Assembly (NCBI RefSeq): GCF_003704095.1
Contig: NW_020843911.1
Location: 62,001 to 124,318 of the forward strand
Direction: 5' to 3'
DNA length: 62,318 nucleotides
Source of the DNA: Pocillopora damicornis
Taxonomy: Eukaryota
This document shows, piece after piece, positions 59,931-62,318 of the stretch. The position numbers were made by a program, and so were the translations under genes. The first letter of the stretch is position 1. Every line of letters starts with the position of its first letter. The notes beneath the pieces are model-generated. The model was not told where the DNA came from and made no database searches. It saw only the letters and a program-made list of their open reading frames with translations.

Positions 59931-62239
59931 ACAATAAACGATTCTTCTCGGAGGGCAAAGGTCACATGATGATCGAGAAAATCAAATCTCTTTTTCCATA
60001 CGCACCATTAAGTAACAGGAAGGCTGGCAAGGTTTTTCTGCACTGATCGATTTTTTGTCATACGTAAATAACATTACAACTATGAGAATTTTCTAAGCTA
60101 GGGCTTCAGATGCGTATCGTGTTGTCTACATGAATACTATGCACAAAGTTTTGATATTACACTTATCAGGGTTAAAATGGAATTCTAGCAAGTCGTTTTA
60201 AAGGGTAATTATGCCCCAGTAACCATATGATTACAAATCATACTACAATAATATACTACTCGCAACCTTTCGAGATTTCGATGATTTACTTAACCTTTCG
60301 AAGATTGTTCTCAGGTGCCCTAAAGATTCAAACGAATTGAACGCAATTCAGTAGGCTTGCAGCACACCCATGGCGGTAGTGTGCCTAGAAAAATTATGTT
60401 TTAACTAAAATGTGACCCTATGTATGGTTCCTGATTGTTTGAATAGATCACCTTACCAAGGGATAGAAAAAGAGTATTGAGACTCAAATCAGGTCGTAGG
60501 TAGGCGACCAAGTTGCTAAGCAAGATTCAAAATGGCGGCCTCTGAAGCAAATTTCAGCGCATTTCAAAAGATTTTACGCTAATTGAAATCAGGAGGTGGA
60601 AATTTGAATGATTTCCCAAAAACATTTTTGATGATGTAAATACAAATGATATGGTCTCCTGAGCATACTTATCTCTTCGCCCAACATCTGCATCTTTAAT
60701 TGAAGGCAGTGCTTTGCGATGGGTTATTTGTACCACATGCAACCAAATAAATCCGGTTTTATTGCCATATTGCATAAGCATTCACTGCTTTTGTTAGTGA
60801 GTCATTATTACAAAATTATCCCCTGTGGCAGAATGAGCGTTCACATGACCTATCAGTTTCCAGAGTTCACGGTCTTGGGTGGCAGCATAAGGAGACAAAA
60901 TCGAGTTATGCAGTAATGACCAGACCGGTTAGATAGGTTAGATATGTCGCCAAGCCACCTCTTTCACTATTCTCTTCTGCTTCTGTTACCAGCAACCTTC
61001 CCTTCGAGACATACTTTTGATACTCCTTATTTACTTCGTATGATGTTCTTATGAAGTTATAGTGTACCTTTGACTAAAAGAAGGACTGGGGCCATACCAT
61101 TTGTATATAGACGGGTTTGCATACTCATGTGATGCGCGAGACGCGCAGATAACGCGCATAACGTGCATGATATATGTTAGCGTGTAGGATGGATAAAAAA
61201 GAGAGCTCCAAATTCCCGCGAGATCCATTGTCTCTCAGAATTTCAATTCCGGGGAGAAGCGTCTTTTTACAGCATTTGAAAATTTAGCAAGATACAGTAA
61301 TTTGTATGAAAATCATCACTGTGAGAATGGGGTGCAAATCTTATTCCTACCATACAAATCATTGTAATTGGTAAAATTCATCCACAGAAACTACTGCTGA
61401 AGCAATTTATATTAGCCTGAAAATCATTTTCAGGCTAATTATTGATTCAGCTTGCACGGTAACCTATTCAGTTAAGATAGTTTTTTAGTTGTTCTTTCAA
61501 ACTGGTTGAAGCATAGCGCCTTGAGAAAGCCGACTGTGTTTGCACGCGCCATTAAATATGAAGTACGTAATAAAAAGACTAGTACTCTAAAACTATGACG
61601 TAGTAAACAGTCTATGACGTTAAGATGCTGAGCTCTGCCACTATAGTCAACCTAATTTTGAAGCCTCTCGTGTCTTTTTTAACTCCGTAAAATCCAATGG
61701 TATAGGAAGTAACTGTAATTGAGTAAAACTGTGATGAGAAATGGTCAAATATGGTTTGGTTTTGTGGTAAGAAACTTGATTGTTCTTTTGGTTTGCCAGT
61801 TGCAGAAAATGTACGCGTAAAATTCGTGAAATACAACTACTTAAACAAAATTATAATAATTGCTTTACAATCTGTTGATTCCAGCAGTTTTGCACTTGAA
61901 AACGGCGGTAGTGCCATATTCTAGCTAGACCACTGTTAACATGACAGAGAGAAAATATCCTACGAAATTTAGCCCTGCAATGAATGCTGTTCTTCAGTAA
62001 AAATCACGACCAATTATGTAATTTCAGAGCTGAATCAGCGCTACCTGGCTTTCAAACGACTTGCATTTTAATGAGAAGCTGTCATATGTTAAGGGTTATT
62101 ATACAAAATAATAAGAGTCAATAGATGTTACATTATTTTACCTCTTGGATATTTTAACACCATAGCTGTATTCAATTTCAGATCCCTTTGATGTTGGCCT
62201 CTTTTAGTCACTGCAGGCAGCCGAGATAAAAAGGAAAGG

Positions 62240-62315
62240 AAAAGGCGGGTTACCCCACCTTGGCAGGTTACCTCAACTACCTGGGGTCCTCCACCTCCAT
62301 GTAAATAGACCCTAA
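62240..62315. repeat. Probable MITE terminus fragment
   Basis: gggttaccccacct...ggttacctcaactacctggggtcctccacctccatgtaaatagaccctaa shows short internal repeats. No second copy in the window. Confidence 0.35.
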
Positions 62316-62318
62316 CTC

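Noticed and set aside
60528-60582. CAAAATGGCGGC start-like motif as the beginning of another gene
   Set aside because: The frame closes after 16 codons with no splice donor and no downstream exons evident.

Overview
AT-rich eukaryotic (animal) genomic DNA with GT-AG introns. The gene set and MITE-rich repeat landscape look like a cnidarian, probably a stony coral (inference only). Layout: (1) about 17 kb with no recognisable coding gene; (2) a complete 21-exon Jagged/Serrate-type Notch ligand on + (17359-31142, 1520 aa reconstructed by hand: signal peptide, C2/MNNL, DSL, 24 EGF repeats, VWC/Cys-rich, TM, intracellular tail ending EIIV); (3) a 100-N scaffold gap; (4) a C6orf120/UPF0669 homologue with a single coding exon (+); (5) a 7-exon AVEN homologue (-), head-to-head with (6) an intronless SDHAF1/LYRM8 (+), with 138 bp between the start codons; (7) a PRRT3/PRRT4-like multipass membrane protein (+) whose 5' exons are unresolved. 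Several MITE families are interspersed, with two clear nested insertions at TTAA sites, plus a tRNA-derived repeat, a 450-bp tandem duplication and a hairpin-unit minisatellite. The most notable observation is that this Jagged aligns repeat-by-repeat and intron-by-intron with vertebrate JAG1 but carries 8 extra EGF repeats exactly where JAG1 has its short two-cysteine remnant before the atypical EGF10. Its tail also has a c-Myc-like phosphodegron, a basic NLS-like patch and a JAG1-like PDZ ligand. All homology statements rest on sequences recalled from memory, not on database searches.
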